Shown in pieces: positions 21,321-33,891 of a stretch of 64,000 nucleotides of DNA. The notes beneath the pieces were generated by a model. That model worked only from the letters and a program-made list of their open reading frames with translations. It did no database searches and was not told the origin of the DNA. The DNA lies in assembly GCA_002269645.1 (NCBI GenBank), contig NIVC01001486.1, positions 248,001 through 312,000 on the forward strand, in the 5' to 3' direction. Position numbers and translations under genes: made by a program. Position 1 is the stretch's first letter; each line of letters starts with the position of its first letter. Source of the DNA: Macrostomum lignano (lineage: Eukaryota).

Positions 21321-22174
21321 TAGAAACGCCTGCACTAGCATTCATATTTTCATCCAATCAGACGGGTTCTGCATACGGGGCAATTATGTAAAAAAACGAG
21401 AAACTTTGTTTCTTAGAAAAAATGGGGCTGATTTTGGGCAAAAGTTCATGACCCTGGAGGATCAGCACCCTCCATGACCCTGGCAGGATCAGCACCCTCA
21501 ATAGGGTACGGTGACAGGAAAATTTCATTTTTCAGCGCAAAAGTAGCGTCAGTTTTAATTGAAAGCAGATCAAATGCTCCCTCATCTTGGTAGCATAACT
21601 TGCATGTTTTATTGCTGCATTGATTCTTGTAAAGTTTTGTTTGTGAAAACAAGAGAATTGCTATATTTTTTATTTACTTACTTACTGTGAGAACATGACT
21701 TGAGCTCAAACTTTAGTCTCACGTGCTGCCACCGGGGATCAAAAGGCCTTCAGTGCGGTCAGTTATACCTTGCTATCACCAAAAAGAATGTTTGAATTCA
21801 ACACTACAAGAAATGTAAACCAAATTATTACACAAGGAGAAACGCGTTAATATTGTACCATGTAAAGTGACATGCCTGACTTTCTAACCACAAGGCATGT
21901 ACACTTTCTGTGCCTTGAGGTTAAGGGTTGGATGGGGAATCAAAACTGGAGGTGACGGCAGCGTAGATTCGAAAATAAAAAAAATCCGGCTTGCAGACAT
22001 CATGGCAGTGTGAGTAGGCCTAGAACTATTGCCAATTTTAATCGGTCAAAATATTTTATGTATTATTCCAGTAGATCAGATCACCGAATACGTTTCTGCT
22101 GAAATGCGTTTTACTAACTGCAAATTCCTTTCGTAAATAGGGTTCATCAGCACTGTGTTTTTTTTATATATTTG

Positions 22175-22417
22175 AGCGAAGCCACCAAGTGAGCACACAC
22201 TGCTGCAGAGCTCGTGCGACATGTCTGTGTTGCTCACACACCTGCTGCTAACGATTTCGAATTCGCCTATCCTTGCGACACCGCTTAGCCCGTTCAAGTC
22301 TCTAACTCAACCAGTGAAGTCCACGTAGCAGCCAACGTAGGAGAAGCGGACGACCCTGCGTGCCTCGCAGGTCAGGAGGGTGCAGACGAGAACTGGCAGT
22401 TTCGGCAGCCAAAGCAT
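22175..22417 (-). pseudogene. WP5 (A-subfamily): truncated WSC-PAN pseudogene
   Basis: ATG at 22417 (MLWLPKLPVLVCTLLTCEARRVVRFSYVGCYVDFTG*). Premature TGA at 22309-22307 where WP3 has Gly. Similarity stops after ..CSLGGFA at ~22175. There is no exon 2. Confidence 0.88.
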
Positions 22418-25400
22418 GCTTTGAGCTGCTCAACTGCAAGCTACTCGGCTGGAGCGCGCGAGTTTGAGCATTTAAAGTTGAGCAGCTGTACGCTCATCAC
22501 GGACTACTTCATTGTCGTTTATTTAAGTAGTCTGTGACGCTCGTACAGCCGCAAGGAATTGTTCTGCTGTCCAATGGCGTCGCAGCTTCCATTTAATCTG
22601 GCTAAGATTAGTCTTCTAAAGTTTCCGCAAACAATCAGGACAGTAAAAATTTTTAATTTTGCAAATATTCTTTATTTTAGATAGTGCGATTGATTCTCAC
22701 GTAGTTGGACCTCTTTCGCCGCCCGCTTATTGCAAAGTATTCAAGATAAAACGGCAGTTCTCTGTCGCTCTAGCTACATCCCGACATCCCGAGTATGATT
22801 TGAAAGTTTATTATTCTACTTTTAGTAAAATAAAATGCAACAAAAAGTAACACATTAAAGCTCACAATTTACCTTCCGCGGCTTCAATAATACTCCAGTA
22901 TCTTGCCTTACTCTGCTGCGCACTGATCATTGAGTGTTGAAGTGGCAGCTTTTGAGTCTCTCCAAAACATGGACCTTTTGTCCTTCATCCGACTGGGCAG
23001 CTTGTTGGCACAAATATCCCAGCCGAGCGTCTGCCTTCTGTACTTTATCTCATTTTGGTTGGCTCATAATTGTCATCTCAACCCCGGTTTTGAATCTCTG
23101 AATCCGTGGGCCAAGCGGTGCGATAGAGCATACAGGGTGCAGTTCTGAGTCATGTGGGTCCTTGCTGGCCTTCTCCTGGTTGCGAGTGCTCAAAAATCCC
23201 GCAATCTCATGCGCCAGGACGCACCCACACAGAATTAATACGCGACTGGACTCACTGGTGCAGCTGTCCTCAGCGGGGCGCCGTTCAAGCTATCGTCCTA
23301 CCGACTCAACTTCGTACGCGAGTACCGTTGGTTTCGGGTAGCCGATCGCCGATAAAAATGGAAGCTGAGCACCTGCATCGCTTAGTATGACATGCGTGGG
23401 ACACTGCAAGAATACTCAAGTTCGGTGGAGGAGCGTTGAATGAGACTCAATTCAAAACAATGGCATGTTTTGATAATGTCAACGACTGATCGTAATTTGC
23501 ATGCACGCATGTGGGTAATAAGGCTTCCAACTAGCCACATTGCGATGGACTGTCAATAAATCTTTCCCACCAATCCAACATCCCAAATAACTCTGAAGGA
23601 TCATCGATCTCATTTGTATCTGTAATTTCACTGAAATAAACTGGAGTATAATTTTAAGTTTTGTGCTCTTAGCAACGCTCTTTCTTTTGCTTTAAATTTA
23701 TGGGGTTGTAATGGTTTTGAAAGTTTGCAGCCGTTAAAAAGCAGATTCTTTCTAAAATTCTTCTTTATTTCTCTCGATTCTTCTTTCTATTTGCTAAAGT
23801 CGGCACATTTGCGTTAAAGTCTAAATTTGTAATTCAAGAATGGTATCAACTAACTGTTTAAGTTCAATCAACCAGTTGTGCTATTGTTCAAGCTGGATAA
23901 GATGGTGGATTTTTAGTCAGTGTGCATACCATCAGCAGGTTTTCACACAGCCACTTTCTTATGAAACCAACTTGTCTAATTGCTGACACCAATATCAGGT
24001 TCATGTGTCCTCTAATTAGTTTGCAGTGGCCTCTGCAATGTGGCCTTTAGCTAAAAGATATCCATAGCTAAAAGTGCATTTTCATCTCTATCTAGCTGGA
24101 AGCGACACTGCTCGGGTTTTTCCCAGAATCCAACGGTAGCACCTGCCAGACATTAATCCTACATTGCACGCACAAAGGGGAGATCTGTTAACTGTCAGGC
24201 AGACATTGTACTATTTGAATTCCAAGTGCTCATTAAATTTTGGCTGAGAGGCAGAGCCAGCATCAATCATTTTCAACTGCATCAAAATCGTCCTACTAAG
24301 TCCTATAGTTAAAGCTCTGTCTGAATTTACTCTTTTGTGCTTCTCACAGAAGCAGTTATTTGCCATTACGAGCTAAATAGATTTTTTTGAGAAACTTCGC
24401 ACCTGCATTTCCGATTCTCAGGGAATTCTTACGCTGAGAAGATTTGACGGGCCATACAGCTTCCAATGCTTCCTCATTCAAGCTTGTAAACCGTAAATCT
24501 TTCCCATCCGCAATAAAATGCGTGAAATGTTGGCACAGCTGTTCTGAATCTGTTGAAACTCGCTTTTTAACTGACTGCAGAACAAATGGCAGCTCTCGCT
24601 TCTCTGCAAGATCATCGTATATTGTAGTGATTACCGGGCCGCGCACTGAGTGGCGGACTTGACTTGACTGTTTTCAGGTGACCTAGCAACAAAATATCCC
24701 ATGTCTCAAATTGTTAAAGACCATAAACGACTAAATTTATGGGGTGATGAATGTCTGCGTTTTTTCTATCCTCAAAAGCACGAGTAGGAGTAATTGGAAT
24801 CTTTAGGTATCATAAAATACGAAAGTGAAGAATAACAACATCAAAACTTTTGAAATTCGTGCATTCGAGCGTTGGAAACTCGGAGCAATAGTACTAGTAA
24901 TTTACTTGTAGAAATTTAAATACACTGTATTTTGTAAAAAGTTTTTTCCTTAAGCCTTACAAGTCCTCATGGTTCACCCTATAGCTAGCACTACATGCAG
25001 CTCCAGAAGCCACAGAAGTACGCGTACGAGCATCTGCAATTTTACAGACGATGTCACAAAAAACCAATCCTGTGTGTGCTTTCTGACTTGTCAGGGGGGG
25101 GGGGGTTGTCACTGACTATTGGCTGGCTGACTATTAAAGGCACGTTCACACTGCCATCAAAAAACGACCAAATTTCTTGTGATTACAGAACTTGTACATC
25201 AAATTTGATTCCTTTTGTACATTGGTCGTGTGATTTGGTGGCTCGTTTGATGGCAGTGCGAATGAGCCTTAAGCTTTAACTCACTCTGTGCCCTGCTTAA
25301 CGTGCCAAGCGTGCACTCCACTCATGCGTAAATCAATGCGTACATAATGTACTTTTACACCAACTTTTATCAATAACTAAAATATAGTTTTATACCACTT

Positions 25401-25544
25401 CGTATTTAAATAATTGCATCTAATTTTCTTCGGTGTGTTTTACTTACTCAGCAAATATAACAGTCCGCTGTATTGCTATCGCTCCAACTGAAACAAGTCT
25501 TACCGGCGTCGCGTCACTTTCCTTGACAATGGCGCTCACCAAGA

Positions 25545-25910
25545 GACAGGGGCACCCACCAAGAGACAGGGGCGCCCAACAAGAGGCAGGGGGCACCCAC
25601 CAAGAGACAGGGACGCCCAACAAGAGGCAGGGGACACCCACCAAGAGACAGGGGCGCCCAACAAGAGGCAGGGGACACCCACCAAGAGACAGGGGCGCCC
25701 AACAAGAGGCAGGGGGCACCCACCAAGAGACAGAGGCGCCCACCAAGAGACAGGGGCACCCACCAAGAGACAGGGGCGCCCAACAAGAGGCAGGGGGCAC
25801 CCACCAAGAGACAGGGGCGCCCAACAAGAGGCAGGGGGCACCCACCAAGAGACAGGGGCGCCCAACAAGAGGCAGGGGGCACCTATGAAGAGACAGGGAT
25901 GCCCAGCAAG
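25545..25910. repeat. 20-21-bp purine-rich minisatellite (AAGAGACAGGGGCGCCCAAC / AAGAGGCAGGGGGCACCCACC)
   Basis: Directly visible; two unit variants alternate. Confidence 0.93.
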
Positions 25911-26072
25911 GGCCCTATTCTTTGCGCCCCTGAGAGTTGCGGACCCTCAAATTAAAATTATTGCGTACGCCACTGTGTCCGGTATACTGACATAGGTTTC
26001 GTAGACACATCGACTTTTGTTCAATCGTTTTGAATACAAGTTTTCTGTAAAAAGCTATAGTGAGCAACTCAC

Positions 26073-26487
26073 TGGGCTTCAAGTAGTTCAAAGCGAACAC
26101 CGAGTTTCGATAAGGAGCTCCACAATTTTGCAGCGCGTTGCCAGTGCACGGACTGTTGCAGTCGCTCGGGTCTCCAGAGCCCTGCGACCCGAAGAAGTTG
26201 CCGCAGAAGCACTGGTCGCCATCCTGCACGCCGAAGTACAGAAACTTTCCCAGTGAGCAGGCGCGGCTGCACAGCTCGAGTGACATGCTGCTGCTGCTGT
26301 GTATTAAACAGCTTGCTGGATCCATGGAAAATGGACCCAGCCGGATGAATCCTGCAACTCCTGTCATGTCTCTGGCATTATCCGTGTAGTCCGCGTAGTA
26401 GCCCTCGTAGGTGCAACTGACCACCCTGCAGGTCGCGCAGGTCAGCAGAACGTGAAGAAAAATTTATACTTTCAAAGCGAATGACAT
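26073..26487 (-). pseudogene. WP6: WSC exon-1 pseudogene with no exon 2
   Basis: ATG at 26487, in-frame TAA at codon 8 (26466-26464). The first WSC Cys is lost (YEGYY). The donor A|gtgagt is retained at 26073/26072. No PAN exon is found before WP5. Confidence 0.85.
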
Positions 26488-26872
26488 GTTGCTTGAATTG
26501 AAAGGTTTTGTTTTTTTCGCTTCTAAAATTCAGTTTACACTAGGTAAGTAGACTGGAACCATGTCGTTTTATTTGTGTTGAATGGACTCTGTAACAGCCA
26601 ATGAGATTGTTCATGATTCATTCATATGCTTGCCACTGAAATATTCTCACGACCAACACATTCTCAAACACGGCCAATTCTGCAATATGAGGAACTTTCT
26701 GCTAATCCTTAAATTTTACGGTCTAGGTGACAGTTAACAGTTAAATTTAATTTTTTGCCTTGATAGGATGTTACTTGGCAGACCCCTCGTTTAGAACCAA
26801 GCAGCTGGTCCACACCAGCATCACTTTGATCAGTCATAAAATCACATGATTGGTGTGCGAAGGAATGCAATC

Positions 26873-27540
26873 TCTACCTATAAAAATCAAAACTCTGTCT
26901 GTCTGTCTGTCTGTGGACAAATTACTTCGCTATGGACTCCCAAACCGCTCAACCAAATGACACCAAACTTTACACCCACCCTAAACTTACTACGGAGAAT
27001 GTCTTAGGCTACCTTTAAATTTCCTAGACTCAAGTCTTCCTACCTAAAAGTACAAAAAACTGCTCAAAATGCGCGATTTTTTCACTTAATCCTCCATAGC
27101 GCCGCTCCACTTCTACCGATTCTCTTCAAATTTGACACAGATAATCTTTAACTATTTTGGCACAATCATGTAAAATTTCGAGTCTCAAAGTTAATCCTGA
27201 GCGGTGCTGTGCACTTTTAAAGTTAGGCTGTTTTTTTCAGCGTAGCAACCACCCCAACCTCCGCCCGCCTGCCTCTCTTTCCCGATACCGATCTGGGCCC
27301 AGATGTGTAAAAGGGTTTCAAAATTGACTAACTTTCAGCTGCCATAAGTTTGCTCCACGTAAAGCGATTGACTTCAAACTTGACACAATTCTTCATTGAC
27401 TCATTCTCTATCTAAATGTAAAGTTTCAACTCTGTAACTCAACCGAAAAAGAAACTGTAAGCATGTGAAGTTTGTCTGCTTTTTCTGTTGTTTGTGCCAC
27501 TCACTCACTCATTCCCCCAGAGCCAGACGAAGGGTCAGGC
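26873..27540 (+). mobile_element. Possible non-autonomous Helentron/DINE-1-like element
   Basis: Begins tctacctataaaaatcaaaac followed by (tgtc)n, with repeated ..caaa(c/t)ttgacac.. sub-repeats. This resembles the general layout of such elements; the termini are not confirmed. Confidence 0.35.
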
Positions 27541-28099
27541 GATAGGGCTCAATGTACATAGCGAATGTACAGTGTTTTGGAATAACTTTTTAATAGCCTT
27601 CTCTGTACCCCCGCGAGTGGAGAGCCTACGTTTAGCCATAACAGTTTAGTGAGAAATTCTAACCACTGCCCTCCCCTCTGTATAGGCAAACTCTGCAGCA
27701 GTTTAACAGTGGATGGCAATTGGTAAATCGAGGCAATCCAGCATGGTTTGTAAAAGCGAAATATTTATGAAAAGGCGATGCGATGCAATGAAATACAACC
27801 CTACTAAATTAGGCACACCATGGAAATTTTAAGTTTCTCTTAAAGTTTCTCTTAAACTTTGAAATTTAAATGGCCTAAGAAATGCGTATTTCCTTGGTTG
27901 TTAGACTGATGCAGACTGCAGTGGAGCTGAAGATTCACAAATTCCTTTCAGGGCTGCAAATTGGCAAGAAAGATGACGTGATCAAAGCATGAGAATAACG
28001 ATGAGAGTAGCACGTCCCACAAACTGGCTTTCGAAGCAGGGATCGGCAGACTTTTACTTCAAAAGCCAGATAAAGAATCCAGCTTATGTGCGGGCCAGA

Positions 28100-28947
28100 T
28101 GAGAGTGGAAAGGAGAAGGAATAGACTATTAGAAGAGAGGAGAGGCGAGACGGGGATAAGAGAAAACATGGAAGATAAGAGGAGAGACAAGTGGTGAGGA
28201 GAGAGCAGAGAAGAAGGGAGGAAGAAGCGAGAGGAGGGGAGAAAGGAGGGAGAGGAAAGAGTAAAGGTGAGAAGAGGGGAGATATGAGACAGAGGATCGA
28301 TGAGAGGAGAGTAGAGAAGAGTGAGAAGAGAGTAGAGATGAGAGAGCAGAAAGAAGATGACAGAGGTCAAGAGGAGAGGAGAGATTAGAGAGGAGAGAGT
28401 AGAAAGGATAGAAAAGAGAGGAGATAAGAGAGTGAGAGAAGGGGTGAGAAGAGAAGAGATAGAGATAAGATAGGGGTGTAAGAAGAGGGGAGAAAGGAGA
28501 GATGAGAGAGTAAAGGGAAGAGGAGGAAAGAGGAAAGAGATGAGATTGTAGAGATGAGACAGATGAAAGGAGAGATGAGAGAGTAAAGATGAGAGATGAA
28601 AAAGGTGAGAGGAGAGTGCAGAGAGACGAGAGAAGATAATAGAGGAGAGAGAGTATAGAAGAGGGAAGAGAAAAGAAGAGAGGAGTAAGGAAAGAGAGGA
28701 GTCAGAAGAGGTGAAAGAGAAGAGTACAGAGGAGATAAGTGAGAGAACGTATTAGAGAGTAAAGATGACAGATGAGAGAGCAGAGATGAGGGTGAACAGA
28801 CGAGAGATGGGAGAGTAGAGAGAACAGAGGAGAGATAAGAGAGAAGAGATTACAGTGACTAGAGGAGAGAGGAGAGAGGGAGAGAGAAGAGGAAATAGGA
28901 GAATGAAGAGGGGAGAGAGTAGAGGAGAAGAGAGATGGGAGAGGAGA

Positions 28948-29013
<66 letters not shown>

Positions 29014-29645
29014 GAGCAGAGAGAAACGAGAAGAGATAAGAGAGAAAAGATAAAATAAGAGAAAGGAGAGATAAAAACGCAGACAAGAGAGAAGAGAGGT
29101 GAGGGAAGAGACGAGTGACGAGGGGAGAGAGAAGAGATAAAACAAGAAAAGAGATGAGAAGAAAGAGAGAGAGGAAAGAGGTGAGAGAAGAGACGAGAGA
29201 AGAGGGGAGAGAGGAGAGAGAGAGGAAAGAGGAGAGAGGAGAGAGTTAAGAGAAGAGAGAAAAAGAATAGAGAGGAGAAGGAATTGACGAGAGAAGAGGG
29301 GGAGAGAGGAGAGAGAGGAGAAGAGAGAAAACGAAAAAGTAGAGAGGAGAGAGGAGAGGAGAGAGAAAAGAAAAGGGAAGAGATGAGATAAGAGATATGA
29401 AAGAGAAGAGAGATGAGGGAAGATACGAAAGAAGATAGGAGAGAGGAGAGGAGAGAGAAAACGAAAGAGTAGAGAGGAGAGAGGAGAGGAGAGAGAAAAC
29501 GAAAAGTAGAGAGGAGACAGGAGAGAGGAGAGAAGAGAGAAGAGAGAAGAGATAAGAGAGATGAAAGAGAAGAGAGATGAGGGAAGATATGAGAGAAGAG
29601 AGGAGAGAAGAGAGAGGAGAGAGGAAACAGAAGAAACGATAGAAA
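28100..29645. repeat. GA-rich low-complexity tract with a perfect (GA)n core at ~28952-29008
   Basis: Almost purely purine on the + strand. Confidence 0.95.
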
Positions 29646-30143
29646 TTTTAAAGGATCCAAGGGACATAGGGAGAGTCAGGGAGAGGCCAGAGTTTGCCAA
29701 TACATGTTTTAGAGTCAGACAGACATTGCCTGACATTCTGTGAAGTAACCCAGCCAACAATATCAATGTTTGCTTCAAATCCTAATTTTACACTAATGTG
29801 TTCATTTTATGTCTACCTCTATCCTACTAACTATTAACAAGTTTTTGTTTGTGTATGACCTTAGATTTCAGAATACATGCAAAAGTAGTTCCGGGGATTG
29901 GAATTCCCCGGGTTCAAAATCCGCGGGTTTCAACAGCTTGTAATATGTACAAGCTGCTCAGCTGGTCAAGAAACAAGTCGTTCATTCGATCGCGGCGGTG
30001 TTGGTGAAAGAATCTTAAAAGCATTAGACCGTTAATTAGCCACAAGGAAAGGCACTTCCGATTTGAATTGCTCGATCAGAACTGCCTCAAAGTGCTTTCA
30101 AACGTTTTTACACTCAAAATTTGAGTATTCACTAAAATAAGTG

Positions 30144-30340
30144 TAGGTTCTGCATAGGTCTGGGTACTAGTTCTGCATAGGTCTGGGTATTGTTCTGCAT
30201 AGGCCTGGATACTGGTTCTGCATAGGTCTGGGTATTGGTTCTGCATAGGCCTGGGTACTGGTTCTGCATAGGTCTGGGTACTGGTTCTGCATAGGCCTGG
30301 GTACTGGTACTGGTTCTGCATAGGTCTGGGTATTGGTTCT
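30144..30340. repeat. 23-bp minisatellite (GGTTCTGCATAGGTCTGGGTACT), about 8 units
   Basis: Directly visible; related to the satellite at 37.4-41.0 kb. Confidence 0.9.
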
Positions 30341-30342
30341 AC

Positions 30343-30470
30343 CAGGCGCCTGCTCTCTAGGCAGATTCTCGTACTTCAGCGTGCATGTCGGCAAGCAGTG
30401 CTTCTGCGGCAACTCGTTCAGATCTCAAGGCAACACCAGCGGCTGCAACCAGCCGTGCTCTGGCAACTCG
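30343..30470 (+). pseudogene. Inverted WSC-exon fragment
   Basis: The + strand reads ACSLGRFSYFSVHVGKQCFCGNSFRSQGNTSGCNQPCSGNS, clearly the C-terminal half of the family WSC domain. Confidence 0.88.
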
Positions 30471-30843
30471 ATAGTCCTACATGCTAAAAATGATATTTTA
30501 AAAAACATTCAAACCAATAACCCACGTTGCAGATGCAGAGGAAAAGATCGTGTTTCGCAAGTTGTATTGGGCTTGGCTTAGCTTCTTTTGTTTATATTCA
30601 GATCGGTTGTCCAACATTGAATTGGATTGGATTGCTCAGGCTTGAGTGTTTTTATGAGCTACATTTTAATCAACCGCACTAACTATCACGAGACTTAGGC
30701 AATGTAACAGGACTAGTAACTGCAGGGATAGCTACTCGTATTTTTTATGTTTCCAAAGTAAAAATCTCAAGTTATTTATCGTTCATTGTTCTTCTTCTCC
30801 ATGCCGACACCGTCTTGTCGCAAGAGTCAAGCCCGTTTCGCGC

Positions 30844-31573
30844 TCAGCCACGCTGGTAGAGAGTCCAGTCGGGTCCGGTCAGGCTGGCTGGTGGTAGGCG
30901 AACGTCAGCAGGTGCAGGCGAGCAGCCGCTGGAGAAAACGGCGGCCTGGCAGTCGGCTCTGGCGCTGCAATGGAGCAGGCAGTCCGCGTCAGAATGGGCA
31001 GCGGCCGGCCAGGACGAGGTTTTGGAGCTGTCGGTCTTGACGAAGAGGCTGTTGTCCTTCTGAACCAGGTAGCAACGGTCTGAAATAGAGAAGTTTAGTG
31101 CCACATTTTCTTCATCCTGTTTTGATTGAGAAATTATTTCTGACCATGGATTAATACCTCCCGTCACTCACAGGGGTAGCTAAGAGCGAACACCGAGTTT
31201 CGGTAGGGAGCTCCGCAGATCTGCGATGAGTTTCCTATGCACGGTCTGTTGCAGTCGCTCTCTTTGCCTTTGCCCTGCGATCGATTGAGTTGCCGCAGAA
31301 GCACTCGACACCAACCTGCACCCCGAAGTACGAGAATCCGCCCAGAGAGCAGGCGCTGCTGCAAGCTCGAGAGTCATGCTTGCTCTTATGGAAGGGTCGT
31401 TTGACCGAATCTCAAACGGACCCAGACTGGGTGACTCCAGTCAGTCCGTCCAAGTCTCTGGCCTTGCCCGTGTAGTCCACGTAGCAACCCACGTACGAGT
31501 AATTGACAAACCTGCAGGTCGCGCAGGTAGCCAGAGCGCCGAGTAAAATCGAAATTCGCGATAGCTGCTCCAT
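30844..31573 (-). pseudogene. WP7 (B-subfamily): frameshifted WSC-PAN copy, either a pseudogene or an assembly error
   Basis: Exon 1 31573-31172 (MEQLSRISILLG..) has +1, -1 and -1 indels versus WP9 (402 vs 403 nt). Exon 2 31079-30844 has three single-C deletions (236 vs 239 nt). Splice sites are intact. Confidence 0.8.
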
Positions 31574-33891
31574 GCTGCTTTAGGCTTTGTTTTTTTTCTT
31601 CTCTGCTTATCGCATAATGGGGTTTATAGCCTAGGATGAAACTAAACCTTTAAACCCCGTCATCCAATCAATCGGCCGTGTGTTTTTGCTAGTTTTATCC
31701 TGGACGAATCCGATACAAACGCACAGCAGTTTAATTCGAATACTGTAACAGTTGTGCTACTATGCAAATGCGCATACGCAACGGACTTCCATTGCGACAG
31801 TAATAGTTCTCAAACTATTATGGTGAGTCACTCATTTTCCGATGCTATCCAAACCATGTTTGCAATGCTCTACTGAGTTTCTCGCTGCCTTCGAGACACT
31901 AGTATTTTCAATGAGCTTTACTTTTGCGTGAGCGGGCAGACGGCCCGGTGCAATGCAAGGAGTGCCCGTCACTCTTCAGAGTGTTGACGAAATCTTCGTG
32001 ATGTTTAGATTCAGACCTGCGATATTAGCAGGCATGTCTGACAGTGCTTCACTTTCGCCCCATGATTTACCAAAGCTAAGCGAAGGCTGCTGCAGCATAT
32101 CGACTGCATGGCATGGATAGGAATGTTGGGGTGGATCGGAGCTGCTGTGTTGAAGTGGCAGCTTTTGAGTCTCTCCAAACCATGGACCGTTTGTCCATCA
32201 TCCGACTGGGCAGCTCTTTTGCAAAAATAACCTAGTTGAGCGTCTTTCCTTTGTTTCTATCTCATTTTGATTGAATCCTGATTTATTCTCAAGCCCGCTT
32301 CCGAATCTCTGAATCCCTGGGCTAAGCGGTGCGGTACTTTGAGGCGGGTTTTTGCTGGCCTTCTCCTGGTTGCCAGTGCTCACAAATCCCGCAATCTGAT
32401 GCGCCAGGACGCACACCAAACAACTTTCGTTTGCTTCTGAACAAACAGATTCCGTCTTCCTTTTTCGTTATTTCTCTCGATTATTCTTCCTATTTGCTAA
32501 AGTCAGCTTTTTGTGTGAAAGTCCAAAGTTGTAATTGGAAAATTCGGATCACTTCAACGTGTCGGACATTGTTCAGACTGGGTAAGTGTGGACTTTTTAG
32601 CCGGCTCATAAAACTAAATTTTCTAATCGTTGACGCCAATATCGGGTTCAAGTGCTATGTAATGAGGTTATGTTGTCATAGTAACAATTGCTTCTGAACC
32701 ACGACTATTCTTGTTAGCTACGCTTCTGATTGCTATATAATTCTGCCTCTCTCTTACGAGTCGTAAACTAAGCAAAGTCCTTGCCTGCGTCTGTACCGCA
32801 CTCGTTTCAGAAATATTTTTTTTCCATTCTCAACTTCATGCATTCCCGTGTCTTAAGCTCTACTGAGCAAATATTCATTAAAAGAAAAGTTTCCCGGGTA
32901 GACACACCTGTGGTGGGATACATATCCTGAGAAATTCGGAGACATCCATAGCTAATACTCGTAGTGCATTTCACACTATCCAGCTGGTGTGTTACTGAAG
33001 CGATAATGCTTGGTTTATCCCACAGAATCCAACGGTCTCCTGGCATAAATCCTATATATTGCAGTTTACTGTCAGGCAGACACTGCTATTAAATATCTGA
33101 TGGCTCATTAAGCTTTAAGTGAGAGGCAGAGCCGGCATCAATAACTTTTTACTGCATCCCAGTCGGTTCTAGTCAAGGCTTTGCCTTCTTTTTTCTTTTT
33201 TTCTGTTTCTTTTGTGCTTCCACCGCTGCTGCGGATATTTTCCATTAATTTGAATTTTCTCGAAAAGCTTCGAACCTGCTGTTCAAATTCTCAGGCAATT
33301 CTGACTGGTAATGTGACAGCCACACAGCTTCCAATGTTGCCTCATTCGAGCTGGTAAACCGAAAATCTTTCTGATCTGCATTGAACTTCCTGAAGTGGCC
33401 TGAGCTGCCTGAGTCTATCGAAAGGAGATTTCTTTATCATACTGCAGAAGCAATGGCAGCTTTAACTTCTCTGTCAGATCATCCCACTGCCATCAAAATT
33501 GTTATCGCATCAATCAGTTACGGATTAGAAGTTAAAGGGCGAAATCATAAAAAAATCTTAGAACTTATTTTGATGTGCTTCAATGCCCAAATTTGAACGA
33601 CTTCCAGAGCTCAAAGAAATCTCTGCTGATAATCCCATTCAGCAACGTGAACCTTTGCGCATGTATTCTCGGATCGAAGCTAAAATTGCTGAAAAAGACA
33701 GATTTCATTGCCATTTCCCAGTGGTATTATTTCTTAATGCCAAAAACAATAATCTTTTGACAACTTTCCCAAACTTTTTATTGATTGACAAGCGGAACTG
33801 ATCGCAACAGAACTGCAAAGATCAGAAGGGCCACGCAACTTCACAGTTTCAGGCTGACCATGCCAGAATGTTTCGTCAAGTGCTTTGTATC

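Noticed and set aside
20794-21357. 187-aa ORF with (GAPGA)n as a collagen- or elastin-like protein
   Set aside because: The repeat is a 15-bp DNA minisatellite with identical codons rather than a Gly-X-Y triplet pattern, and the rest of the ORF shows no recognisable domain.
25433-25888. Repetitive ORFs on both strands
   Set aside because: Translations of the 20-21 bp minisatellite.
28059-29778. 358-aa and 302-aa Leu/Ser/Phe-rich 'membrane protein' ORFs
   Set aside because: The complement of a GA-rich tract lacks stop codons by composition, so there is no real coding signal.
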